A DNA stretch of 64,000 nt from NCBI GenBank assembly GCA_000091205.1, contig AP006502.2, one strand, 5' to 3'. A model generated the notes under the pieces. The model worked only from the letters and a program-made list of their open reading frames with translations. It was not told the DNA's origin and did no database searches. The stretch is from Cyanidioschyzon merolae (lineage: Eukaryota). This document shows, in pieces, positions 22,255 to 33,073 of the stretch (positions are counted from its first letter, which is position 1; every line of letters begins with the position of its first letter). The position numbers were made by a program, and so were the translations under genes.

Positions 22255-23729
22255 TCATATAGTTCCACCTTGGGAGATTGTCCAACAAAGTTCCCTCTCA
22301 TATACTCTGGAGGGACTTCTTTCCATTACCGCAGATTTCCGTATCTTGATAGCGGTGTTAAAGTCTCGGTTCACAAACTCCATCCGTTTCTTGCCATCAC
22401 TGGTTGTACATACTAATGCAAGTAGCCCTCGAACTTTCGCCCTCCTTTCCATTGGCTCTTCCTTCAGCGGTCCGTACTTTGTGAAATCCTCAGGGCTCCG
22501 CTTACACTTTTCCATCTCTACGCTCTGAAGTGCGCACCTCAGTTCATGGTGTGTATACGACGCACGGAACTCGTCTATTGGTATCATAACGAAACGCCGT
22601 GCACACTCCTTGTACGTTCTTGTCGACGGAGCTGGCGTAGTTCCTTTTTCGGCGCCCAGCGCCCTGTCCCATAGGCTACAACGAGCGTCTGATTTTCATC
22701 CATCTTCAGGGCGCTCAACTGATGGAAAAAGTTCGCGAATGCACGCTGCTTCCCACAGCATAGATTCATTCGCAAACGAGCCCACCGAGGCTTGGTATAC
22801 TCCTCCTACAGTGCACCCCAATGCGCAATGCGAACTTCCATGAATTTCCGAAAAGCTTCAAAGTCCGCTCCTCGGCTAGTCACCTCGCTCAAAGCTTCCA
22901 GGATCTCTTTCATTCCTGAATTCCAAGTCTCGATTTTCTTCCTTGCATTCATTATACCCGATTCTGGGTAATATCTCGCTCTCCACAACCTCAACAGACG
23001 CATGTCTTTCTGACGTAAATTACCGTCGGTCCCATCTTCCGCACGCTTCGGTGCTGCGATGGTTATGATATTCGTGTTTCCGGGGTCCGCGCCAACGACA
23101 AAGTCGTTCTCATGCACTTTCTGCGCCGCAGGACCCGCCTTCTTGGTTTATTCATGCTTCTCCGCGTCAACGACAAGGTCGTTCTCATGCACTTTCTGCT
23201 CCGCTGGACCCGCCTTCTTGGTTTATTCATGCCCCGCCGCGCCAACGACAAGGTCGTCATCCTGCACCCCCTGCGTCGCAGAATCCTCCTCTTTGTTTTC
23301 TTCATGCTCCGCCGCATCAACGACAAGGCCGTTATCCTCCACCTCCTGCATCGCAGGACCCGCCTCCTTCTCATCTTCATGGTTCGCCGAGGGCGGAACT
23401 GGACGATCTTTCTTCAACCGCCGATAGTGTACACACTTGGCTACTCCATCGGTCTCGATCATCCCAGTGAACAACTTTTGCTTGCTCATTCTCAGACGTT
23501 TGAAATTGAAGATATTCTTCCAGTGCGTCTCCCGGTTTTCGCCGGTGAAGTTCTCCCTGCTAACAGTGAACTTCGGGCTGATCTCCTTCATGATGCCGTA
23601 GAGGACTGTGGAGTCGATAGTCACGATATGTGACTTGATGTTGCACAACGAAATGACGTTGAAGCGCTTCTCCATTAGGAAGGCCTTCCGTCTCTCCCAC
23701 TCTTCATTGTTTTCCTCACTCAGCTTCAT
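22255..23729 (-). pseudogene. TnpB/Fanzor-like RuvC nuclease, copy A, split over four or more frames (23729-23223, 23117-22806, 22775-22584, 22587-22255). It is either a pseudogene or intron-interrupted.
   Basis: RuvC-I-like '[16 protein letters not shown]'. Zinc-finger remnant 'IPIDEFRASYTHHELRCALQSVEMEKCKRS', compare TnpB 'VDPkyTSqtCs.CG'. RuvC-III-like 'VNRDFNTAIKI', compare 'RDvNAAiNI'. Continuity across the B-copy break is visible here ('ARKKIETWNSGMKEILEALSEVTSRGADF'). Confidence 0.5.
23094..23380. repeat. Internal ~72-bp tandem repeat (~4 units) within repeat-family copy A; on the minus strand it encodes repeated acidic 24-aa units ('[25 protein letters not shown]'-like)
   Basis: 'gccaacgacaaggtcgttctcatgcactttctgc.ccgc.ggacccgccttcttggtttattcatgc' recurs at ~23094, ~23166, ~23238 and ~23310. 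Copy C has ~2 units (33930-34080) and copy B ~1. Confidence 0.7.
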
Positions 23730-23942
23730 CTCCGCATTGCATTCGAGCTCTCGATCCTAAAACACGAAATAGCGCAGGACGAGGCGATAGTATCTTCCCT
23801 TATCTTTTTTCAACTCTGATATCTTGTCTGTTGGATTCGCCAACCCCAAGATCGCGCGGTGCTCTTGCATAGCCGCACGGATTACAGAAGATTCATTCGT
23901 GCTCCTGCGTGACTTCTTCTTGTCGACGAATTCGATCTCATG

Positions 23943-24311
23943 TTAATGCTTGCGATCCTTCGAGATGCCATTGATAATCGCCCATATTCCTTTGCGAGAG
24001 ATGCCCGGGCAGAGTGCAAATACGGTGCGTATCATGAAACGTTCGAGGTTCATTGTGAAATGGTTCTTCAGGTTCGTGAGGTACTTCATCACTCCGTATA
24101 TGTAAATATCCCAGTAACCCTTGCATCGAGTACTGTTGAAGCTGTAAAAGGGATGATTTTCGTGGAGGCCATGGACTAGCACATTTTCCCGCCGCGCTTC
24201 CTCTGTACCAAGCATCAGCTGACGAATAAAGGTCTTATCGAAAAACTCGTCCGGAATCTCGACCGTTTCCATGTGCATCACATCGCGATACATCTCCCTC
24301 GCCAAATGCAT
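23943..24311 (-). CDS. Conserved small ORF of the repeat family (copy A, 122 aa), function unknown. The antisense frame 23940-24179 is also open and conserved.
   Basis: 'GVMKYLTNLKNHFTMNLERFMIRTVFALCPGISRKGIWAIINGISKD' is conserved with copy B (30660-30962) and copy C (34612-34914). Confidence 0.4.
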   Translation of the reverse strand: MHLAREMYRDVMHMETVEIPDEFFDKTFIRQLMLGTEEARRENVLVHGLHENHPFYSFNSTRCKGYWDIYIYGVMKYLTNLKNHFTMNLERFMIRTVFALCPGISRKGIWAIINGISKDRKH

Positions 24312-24529
24312 CAGTCCTGACGACGCCTTGACAATACTCTTGGATTACGAGTCGACACGTTTTTCGATAGCGTCTCGCAACTTTTCCTTACACGGATCCT
24401 TGATATGTCCAAGAAGAAAGGTTTTTACCACCTTTTCGTCGTACAGTTGTCGTCCTTGCCGCTTACGACGTAGGGCCTCCCCCTTTGGGTTCTCCTTCTC
24501 TTCCTTTTCTTCTGGACTCAGCACTGTTT

Positions 24530-24620
24530 TTTGTTTTTTTTTCTAGCAGCCGGCGACCCTGGGCCTCCAGGATCGTGGACTTGCTTTTTTCATAACTTTG
24601 TTTTTTTGTTTTTTTTTGAA
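24530..24620. repeat. T-rich low-complexity tract flanking repeat copy A
   Basis: 'ttttttgtttttttttctag...tttttttgtttttttttgaaaaac'. Confidence 0.7.
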
Positions 24621-27600
24621 AAACAACGCTCTTTGAACCCTTCTGTTATATATTTCGAAAAAACACTTGACTAGACTTGTTTGAAGTTCTAAACAAAAAT
24701 CAACTGAAAGACTATACTTGGCTACGACCTGAACGGAAATCTGACGTTTACAGCTGAACAACACGCTGCTGGTCAGGATCGCGTTTAACTTCAACGGCGG
24801 CATCCGCGTCGCGTCTCCTGCCTGGCTGAATCTCCCAGGTGCGCAAATCGACAGCACTATTTAGAACAAAGAAAAGAGATTCACGACCAAAAAGCAAGGA
24901 TATAACGGATTCTTTCGTCCTCTACGATAAACGATAAAACAGGGAAAAGTTTTCCGTACTGTCGCAAGTCCTCCTTCCAGGCGGAAAGTTCCGCGAGCCT
25001 GACGAGTCTCCCAGACTCGTGCTTCGTGCTCCCCCCAATGGCAGGTCTTGAAGCGAGACCTCGGCAACTCGTCTGGAATGCAGTTTATTCCAAGATCGCG
25101 AGTGGCTGGAGTGCGTCTGGTCGTCGCCCTGATCGTCGTTTTCTTCCAGCAAATTGCATGGCTCCGTTGCAGGCAGCAAGTCTGTCTGCGCAGTTGCCAA
25201 ACTCCCAGGAGAATGATGAATCCCAGGCCCCGTGTCGGCTGAACCACACCTCGAGCCGATGCCCCCAGTGATATGACAAAGTTATTCTGTTCCCGTGCTG
25301 AATCCGGACCAGCAGTATAGGCTCTGTTGCTGCAGGCGCTCGGGGCAGGCGCTCGGCACACCATAGAACCTACGAAACGACCATCGCATCCGAGAGAAAG
25401 CATGGATAATGGAGCTTAAAGGTAGGGTGGAACATGATAGACACTCTTTCGATCACCAATATCCATCCCGCAATCTAGGAGCCGTGGTCCATGAAAACAT
25501 TCTGGAAAACACAGCGATCTGTGGATTTGAGATTTGCGCATACACTGCCGCGGATACCTTGACGCGTCGCCACGGCGATCGATCGGAACATAGAAAGCAC
25601 AGGTGCCGAAAAGTATCACAAATTGGAAAGGGAACCATTTTCAATCGTTCAAGATTGACCAAGAGAACGACTTGTTGTCGAGTGTTGTCCTTCTTTTTAG
25701 TGGCTACACAGCTGTCGCGGAACCGATAAATCAAGAGGATGCAGCCAAAACCCTCAACGAACGCAGATGCGGTAGCCCAACTGTCTGAGAGCTCCGAATC
25801 ATCGATAGCCGGGCATGATGGACGGCGTGAGGCGTACGATCGAGTAGGATGGCGAGGTCAGGACCCGTCTCGATGCTTTGGGTTCCTTTCCGATGAATGA
25901 GGACATTTTCTGCGCCTTATTTCGAGCGAATATTAGCGTCCAACTAGCGAAATCGGACAATCTCCGGCTGGAGTGCATGACATCGTGCACGGGACGCCAA
26001 CGGTATCCGCAGTGCAGAGACAACAAGCGTGGATTCAAGTGTCTGCTCAATATGTAGGAAATAGAAATGACGAACATGTCGTGTCGTTTGGTCGAGGCCC
26101 GTGGCTCTGGAGGTGCTGCAACGCGCTGAACCTGCACTTTTGCTCCGTCGACCAGCGCGCACAAAGTGTGCAGGAACTGAATCTTTCCATCTCCCATCGA
26201 TGCAATCCAGACGATTTGAGCGCATCACGAGCACAAGGGCACGTTGAGCGTGCTAGACGACAACAGCAACATCGTGAAGCAATGACGAATGCACCAGATG
26301 ATGGAAAGTTAGTTGACCATCCGTTTATGGCGAGGCAGTCGAGGGCAAGAGACTTGCGATGATATGACTCTCCGCGCAACAGTACGCGCCATGACTCGAT
26401 GCGTCGTGACTGGAAGGCTCCCATCACGAGCGAGGGATGTCTCGTGCTTCCCGGGCGGACGTCCGTCGGCTCGGTATCCAGCGAGCTTTCGCAGGAATCG
26501 TTTCGTACCAAGCGTGTGCGTTGTGCTGCGATGCGGAAGACTTGCGCTCACGAAATCAGTGCCTGGGAGAGGGTCATAGATTCCCGTCTGGCTCAAGGCC
26601 CTGGCATGATACGGGGTCACCAATGCGGCAAGGCTGGTGCGTTCTATGCATACATCGGGAACGGTTTCCCCGGTAATCGGTGACCAAGAATGGTGCCATA
26701 TCATTCAGTAGTACTGAATATTGGTATATATAGGCAGAACGTTTCACCGTAAACCTCTGATGGATTCCTAAAGCAACGTCAGACTGAATCGGATCGGGTC
26801 CGTTCAGATAACCCGAGTGTTTACGCTCAACATGAGGGTCTCTTCTCCTTGTCATCAACATGAGCGTTTTGCGCGCTTCCACTGCGAATGCTTCCTTTTT
26901 CTCTCGCTTATATGCGGTTTTCAGTGTGCCGGTCTCTACGATCCCTCCAGCTCCGATGTCAGCTGTTGGGGAGAGTTCATGAGAGCGTGTGAGTCCCGCT
27001 CTCGTCGCTTCCTGCTGTTGTCGACGCATTGCATGCCGAGGCTCAAGTACGATCTACATATCGATTCCCATTTTCACCGTCTTTGTAGATAGCCTTGATG
27101 CGCTCTTCGCAGCGCTGTTCATTCACTGAGCTCAGGTGCTCCCATCTGTCCACCGAGTTTGCTTCTCAGAGCATTGCCAACCTCTATAGTGTTCGAAAGC
27201 TTCGTTCATCTCGTTCGATGCCGTCCTCCGTTTCCGCGCTCGGTGCCGTACCGTACGATCATGAGCAACTTCTGTATGAAAACTACGGCGACTGCGCTGT
27301 CCTCTGCACGTGGGAGCGCGCGCTGTTCCATGAAAGCCCGTACTTGTGGAACGCAATGTTGTCCTTGATGAAACAAGTACCGAGAAGCAAAATCCAGGAT
27401 ACAGAACATGATAACGAATTTCGATGTTCCGGCGCCCCGTTCGAGCTAAGCGATGCTGCACGCTCCACTGGAAACAATCGCTCCGATGAATCTAGTCCGA
27501 GTCCGAGACGCTCTTTTATGCAAAGAGCAGAAATGCGAGCTTCTCGCAACGTATCATAGGAGAAGTATCATGCCGTTGTCGAATGGCGTCTTATCGATGG

Positions 27601-30600
27601 GAACAAAGATGGAAAAATCTGATTTTTTGAACGGAACAGATGATTCGACTTGACAAGTTCCGTGAAGTTTCGGCTTATACTTGTGACCGAATCGTTCACG
27701 GACGACCTCGAGTATCTTTCCTCGTCAACCTAGCGGTGCAAAGGGCTGCACCCATGATTTGCCTTGAAATAAAGAGATCGAATCCCTGAAGGATTTGTGA
27801 TATGCGCGTGTCTCACATAAAGAAAAGAGATGGGCGGAGGCTTTGCCTCATGAATTCGATGATGATATCGGTAATTTCACGAACCTTCGTTCGGCGGCGT
27901 CGCCAAACATCCTGAATCCGGTGACGTAACAAAAGCCAACGGCAAAGCGTCGTAGCGGGCACTTCACCACTGAGAACGCTGAGCCTACGTATGCATCCGC
28001 AAGCCCTTCGTGCAGCACTCGAAATTACAATTCTATACATGTACATACGGTTCGGAAAAAAATCTCAGGGCATGAACAGTGCGACCAGTTCCATGTTTCA
28101 GTTTACTCTGACACGCGTCCTAGTGCAGGTAGCGGGGTGCGAGCTTCAGCGGCATCGTCCTCGCTTGACCAAGAAGCCTTGTAGTTACAGCGGGCGCGCT
28201 CCGATGCCTGAACGTCATCGCGGGCCCATCGGACAAGTCTCGCACTGAACGCCAATAACGCAACCCTTGTATTCATCTTCTGCGTGTTGTGCAGGGGCCC
28301 GCCCTGGCAGCGGTTTCTGCATAACTCGGCACCGCTCAGAGGACCTGTGGCACATCCACGGGACAAGGACATGATACGCGGGCGGCGGGTACCGGTCCTG
28401 GCCCTGGTTCCGCTGACGACGGCACCTCAGCCATAACTTGCGTACTGCGACGACGAAAGCGACGTGCTTGGTGGCACACGCTGCGCGCCATGGTGTCGCT
28501 CTCGGTTCCAAACAGCTGCCGAGGTATACCATCACGAAGCCATGTTGCAGGACGTTCACAGAATGGGGCAGGTACAGCCTGTGCTTCCCGCTCAGTCCAA
28601 GTCGGGGAACGAGTCAGCACACCAATAGGCCCAGCGAGACGACGTGTCGCAGCCGTCACAGACGCTTGTTCTATATCCTCGACAGGCTCATGCCTGGTGT
28701 TGGTACCGCTCAGCGAACCAACAGTTGACGTACTCGAGGAGCGTGTGCGCACACCAGGTCCGGTGCGCGCATCGCCTCTGTAGTGCCATTTTGTGAGCGC
28801 ATTCTCGTGCATCCTCGAGCGATCTCGGGCCTCGACGTGTACGCCTCTTGGAAGGTGTTTGTGAGTCGATATCGAGAAGCTTTGGGGCGGAACAGTTTGC
28901 GTGAAGCTGAAGGAGCGAGCCCTCTGAAGCTTTGCGCTTTGGGGTTTGACTCTCAAGTCACCCGAGATCGTACGTTCGCGAACGCAGATGCACCAGCACC
29001 GCCTCACGGCTACGTTTTGTATTCCGTTTTCGCTGGGCCGGCACGCAACCTCCTCGCGTCGGTCTGGGACCATTTGCGACGTAGTGGCGTGCGGTATGCG
29101 TGGTATCAGGCAGAGAGCTCCTGTAGAGCGAGCACCGTCAGGTCAACGGTCACCAAAGCACACGTTGTCAGTTCCGGGAAACGCGGCCACATGCGCGGAG
29201 CCAGGGACTCGTACGGAAAATGATGTGCTGCTGACGTTGCGAGGAACCCGAACTAGTATTTTTCTTTCACCCTTTGTCCTAATAGTCTTCCTTTTCTGGC
29301 AAATAGTACGCTTTTTTACGAGGGTATTGCTTTTTCTATTGATCTTCTCGGGTGTGAGCGCCTTCTTATGGGTGCGGCGCAGCAGAATGTGGGTGCTGGA
29401 AGTTCGTGACTGTATCGGGAGAATGGCCACGATGCGTTTCCAGAGGCGTCAAATGAGCGTCGTTCCCGTCAGTATCGTAGTGAAAGCCCGGTGCAGGACG
29501 CAGCAGCACGCGCCACAGCCAGCTACAGCAGCCCAGACGCATGACAGGCGGCGTGCGCAAGGGACACCAGCGCCCGAAGTGCCAGAGTGGAGGGATGATA
29601 TTGATTTTTCTTTGACGCCACAGCCGTCTTGCTGGCTACCGTCGACACTGAGCATCGACTGCTCTTCTCTTTGGGCACTGCTGTGGCGCTTGGGTCCGGG
29701 CGACGATTAGCCCAGTGTACGTTAATCAGCACGAATCGATCCATTCGGTGAGCGTACCGGATCGCCAGCCATTGACATGCTTCGACTTGTGAACAAAAGG
29801 AATTTCGGGGCAGTGTGGATTGGGTGCTTCTCTCTGTGACGGGCGCCAAAGCATCTCATCGTTATGCTGTGAAGAGGGCTGTCTCCGAAGATGACCTTTT
29901 CATCGTGCGCTGTCCAGAGGGTTCTGTAGACAGAGCGAACCATGTCAAAGATGATCTCGCTCGGAAAGCCTGGAGAACATCAAAAAGAATTCATAAAATT
30001 TCGCTGGGAATATTTCAGCCCGTACAGCCGTTCCCAATGCTCTGCAGTAAAAGGTTGCCACTGTTCGAACAAGCGTGCAAGCAACGACCTGGAGCAGCGG
30101 CGAGGCTGCGAGCGTTTCAGAGACCCGGAGGCTTGCAGCGCGGGAGTGTGCCATGCGCTCGCTCTGGCGGCAACGTGAGTACCTGTCGAGGCCGTACCGC
30201 GGTGTCGCTTTCTAATTTGCACCGCGAAACAGGAAACGAATGTCATGGGCTTCACTAGTGCATCTGCAACTGACAGCGATGCCAGGCAGCGAGGCAGCTG
30301 GACGCAATCCGGGGCCTTGTTCGGGCGCTGAATGTTTTGTTCGATGACAAAACGTGTATATGGACCATGGATCCCAGGTTGCGTGATGGATGGGCATTGG
30401 CTTTCTGGAAATCACTCTTTATTTGAAGCTCCAAGTTTTAGTTCGAGTACCCGTACTTCCTCTCGGACTTGGGGGTCGTTCTGTACGTTCCATCGTGCGC
30501 CGAGTGCCTGCAGCGCTGCAGCCCGCAATAGCGCCTAAACCGCTGATGCAGATGCTGCACAGAGAGAGAACGGCTTTGCCATGCCACTGAGGGCGTCATA

Positions 30601-30659
30601 TCGCGGAACGCTTCACCAGATACGGAGTCGGAGTACGTAATCATTCTGGGAGCCTAAAA

Positions 30660-30962
30660 ATGGGCAAGCAGACGTCCTCTATGCGGCGGCGCGAATCGAT
30701 ATACCAGGATTACAACCTGAGCAGGGCGATGCCCAGACACAGCGCGTCCGCTCCTAGTCCCAGAATACACTCTGACGGGGCGATGAAGTACCTCACGAAC
30801 CTGAAGAACCATTCGACAGTGAGCCTCGAAGGTTTTATGATACGCGCCGTGTTTGCAGCTCACCCGGGCATCTCTGGCAGAGGGATATGGGCGATTATCA
30901 ATGGCATCACGAACGATTGCCGACATGAAGGTCAGATCGAATTTGTCGACAAGAAGAAGTGA
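30660..30962 (+). CDS. Conserved small ORF of the repeat family (copy B, 100 aa); the antisense 119 aa frame 30654-31013 is also open
   Basis: 'AMKYLTNLKNHSTVSLEGFMIRAVFAAHPGISGRGIWAIINGITNDCRHEGQIEFVDKKK'. Copy C differs at 2 of 100 residues. Confidence 0.4.
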   Translation: MGKQTSSMRRRESIYQDYNLSRAMPRHSASAPSPRIHSDGAMKYLTNLKNHSTVSLEGFMIRAVFAAHPGISGRGIWAIINGITNDCRHEGQIEFVDKKK

Positions 30963-31212
30963 CACAGGAGCACGAATGAAGCTTTTGTGATCCGTGCGGC
31001 TACACAAGAGCACCGTGCGGTACTGGGGCTGGCGAATCCGGCAGCAAAGATATCAGAGTTGAAGAAAGATAAGGAAAGATACTATCGCCTCGCCCTGCGG
31101 TATTTCGTGTTTCTGGACCAAGAACTCGAACGCAAGGCGGAGATGAAGGTGAGAGGGAAAAAATGAAGAGTGGGAGAGACGGAAGGCTGTCCTAATTGGG
31201 AAGCGCTTCAAC

Positions 31213-32397
31213 GTGGTTCCAATGTGCAACATCAAGTCAGATTTCGTGACTATCGACTCGAGAATCCTTTACGGCATCTTCAAGGAGATCAGTCCGGAGT
31301 TCAATGTACGGAAGACAGAGTTCACCGGCGAAACCCGGGAGGCGTACTGGAGGAATATATTCGATTTCAAACGTCTCAATACGAGCAAGCAGAAGATATT
31401 CACGGGGATGATCGAAACCGGTGTAGTAGGCACGTGTGTCCACTATCGGCGGGTGAAGGCGGATCGCCCTATCGTGCCTTCGGCTTTCCCCGTGACGAAG
31501 CGTGAAGATAAGAAGGAGGTGGGCCCTGGAACGTATAGTCCCCTGGATAACGACTTCGTGGTAAGCATGGACCCAGGGAACACGAATATCATAACCATCG
31601 CAGCACCCAAGCGTGGAAAAAATAGTAACAACGGCAACTTATGCCAGAGAGACATTCGTCTTTTAAAGCTCTCGAGAGCTAGAGACTACCGAGAATCGGG
31701 AATAATGAATGCGAGGAAACAAAGTGAGACCTAGAATTCAGGAGTGAAGGATCACCTGGAAGCTATGAGCGAGGTGACGAGCCGCGGAGCGGACTTTAAA
31801 GCTTTTCGGGAATTCATGAAAATTCGCGTTAGTCATTGGGGGACGCTGTGGAAAGAATATTCAAAGCCCTGGTGGGCTCGTCTGCGTATGAGTCTGTACT
31901 GTGGGAAGCATCGTGCATTCGCGAACTTTTTCAATCAGTTGAGCGCATTGAAGGAGGACGAGAGTCAGAAGCTCGTGGTAGCATACGGAGCAGGGCGCTG
32001 GGCGTCGAAAAAAAGGACTACGCCAGCTCCAACTACAAGAACGTACGAGGAGTGCACAAGGGGTTTCGTTACGATACCTGTAGATGAGTTCCGAATGTCG
32101 TATACACACCATGAGCTGGGGTGTACACTCCAGAGTGTCGACATGGAAAAGTGCCAGCGGAGCCCCGAGGATATACAAAAGTACGCAGCGCTGACGGAAG
32201 AGCAAATGGAGAGGGAAGCGAAAGTTCGAGGATTGCTTGCACTGGTGAGTACAGCTACTAACGGCAAGAAACGTATGGTGTTTGTGAACCGGAACTTTAA
32301 TGCCGTTATCAGTATAAGGAGATGTGCGGTGATGGAGACGAGACCTCCGAAGTTGAGAGAATTTTATGGGGCAACCTCTCAAGGTGGAACTATATGA
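31213..32397 (+). pseudogene. TnpB/Fanzor-like RuvC nuclease, copy B, split in two frames (31213-31734 and 31744-32397) by a stop or frameshift. The RuvC-III Asp is replaced by Asn.
   Basis: '[16 protein letters not shown]' (RuvC-I). 'LVVAYGAGRWASKK' lies where RuvC-II is expected but has no Glu. 'VTIPVDEFRMSYTHHELGCTLQSVDMEKCQRS' is a zinc-finger remnant. 'VNRNFNAVISI' is RuvC-III-like with D->N. Confidence 0.5.
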
Positions 32398-32653
32398 GAA
32401 AAAGTTGAAACCAGTAGTGGGTGGCCATTCCAAAAAAGCTGGGAGGCGTCTGCACTTTAGCTGGAGACGTTCTGTCTAGGGCGCGTCGGTCGCCACTACT
32501 GTACGCCGCTGAAGGCAACGTTTTTCTTTCGAAAGGCGTTCGCTGGAGGTGTCCTGCACTTGAAACTGTGGTTCAAGGACACACGGGTGGCTGGTTCCCG
32601 AAACTCGCGTCCAACACTACCGACGAGCGACGCCGTGCTCCCCGAACGAAGCG

Positions 32654-33073
32654 ATGAAACACCGCATAAACCTGCGTAAGCTCGGTCGAGACTCAGCCCA
32701 CCGCTTAGCTCTCTTAAGAAATCTTGTTTCTAGTCTGATTGAGCACGAGAGCATAGAAACGACCGTGGCGAAAGCGAAGGAGTTGCGTCGCGTTGCGGAT
32801 AAAATGGTAACGCTTGGAAAGCGTGGCGACGGTCTGTCCCGAATCCGAGCTCTTGGTTTCGTTCGTGGACCGCATCTTGTGCAAAAACTGTTTCGTACGC
32901 TTGCGGAGCGATATCGTGAACGTAACGGTGGCTATACTCGAGTGATGCGATCGAGGAACCGACGAGGCGACAACGCCCCAATGGCTATCGTTGAACTCGT
33001 TGACTCGCCGAAGGGAGTAATACGCCGGCCACTGGAACACTACCAACGTTCAGAGCAGCGGCAATCAGTGTAA
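32654..33073 (+). CDS. Ribosomal protein bL17 (bacterial/organellar type), 139 aa
   Basis: 'MKHRINLRKLGRDSAHRLALLRNLVSSLIEHESIETTVAKAKELRRVADKMVTLGKRG...NGGYTRVMRSRNRRGDNAPMAIVELVD' aligns along the full length of bacterial L17. No long presequence, as is typical for mitochondrial bL17 (e.g. yeast MRPL8). Confidence 0.85.
   Translation: MKHRINLRKLGRDSAHRLALLRNLVSSLIEHESIETTVAKAKELRRVADKMVTLGKRGDGLSRIRALGFVRGPHLVQKLFRTLAERYRERNGGYTRVMRSRNRRGDNAPMAIVELVDSPKGVIRRPLEHYQRSEQRQSV

Larger units (their letters stand above)
22090..24180 (-). mobile_element. Repeat-family copy A. Element encoding a small conserved ORF plus a fragmented TnpB/Fanzor-like RuvC-nuclease ORF; ends ~135 bp upstream of the alpha-tubulin ATG. 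Boundaries approximate.
   Basis: Protein- and DNA-level homology to 30.7-32.56 kb (copy B) and 33.84-35.2 kb (copy C). A 3' non-coding block (22110-22255) is conserved with B 32398-32540. Confidence 0.6.
30338..32560 (+). mobile_element. Repeat-family copy B, the most complete: small ORF plus TnpB/Fanzor-like ORF. Its left ~1.4 kb is the inverted-repeat partner of copy C. It ends ~95-115 bp upstream of the bL17 ATG.
   Basis: Several ORFs are identical or near-identical with 33.84-35.23 kb in reverse orientation (111 aa ORF 31170-31505 vs 34069-34404; 68 aa ORF 30438-30644 vs 34930-35136). The core is homologous to copy A. Confidence 0.65.
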
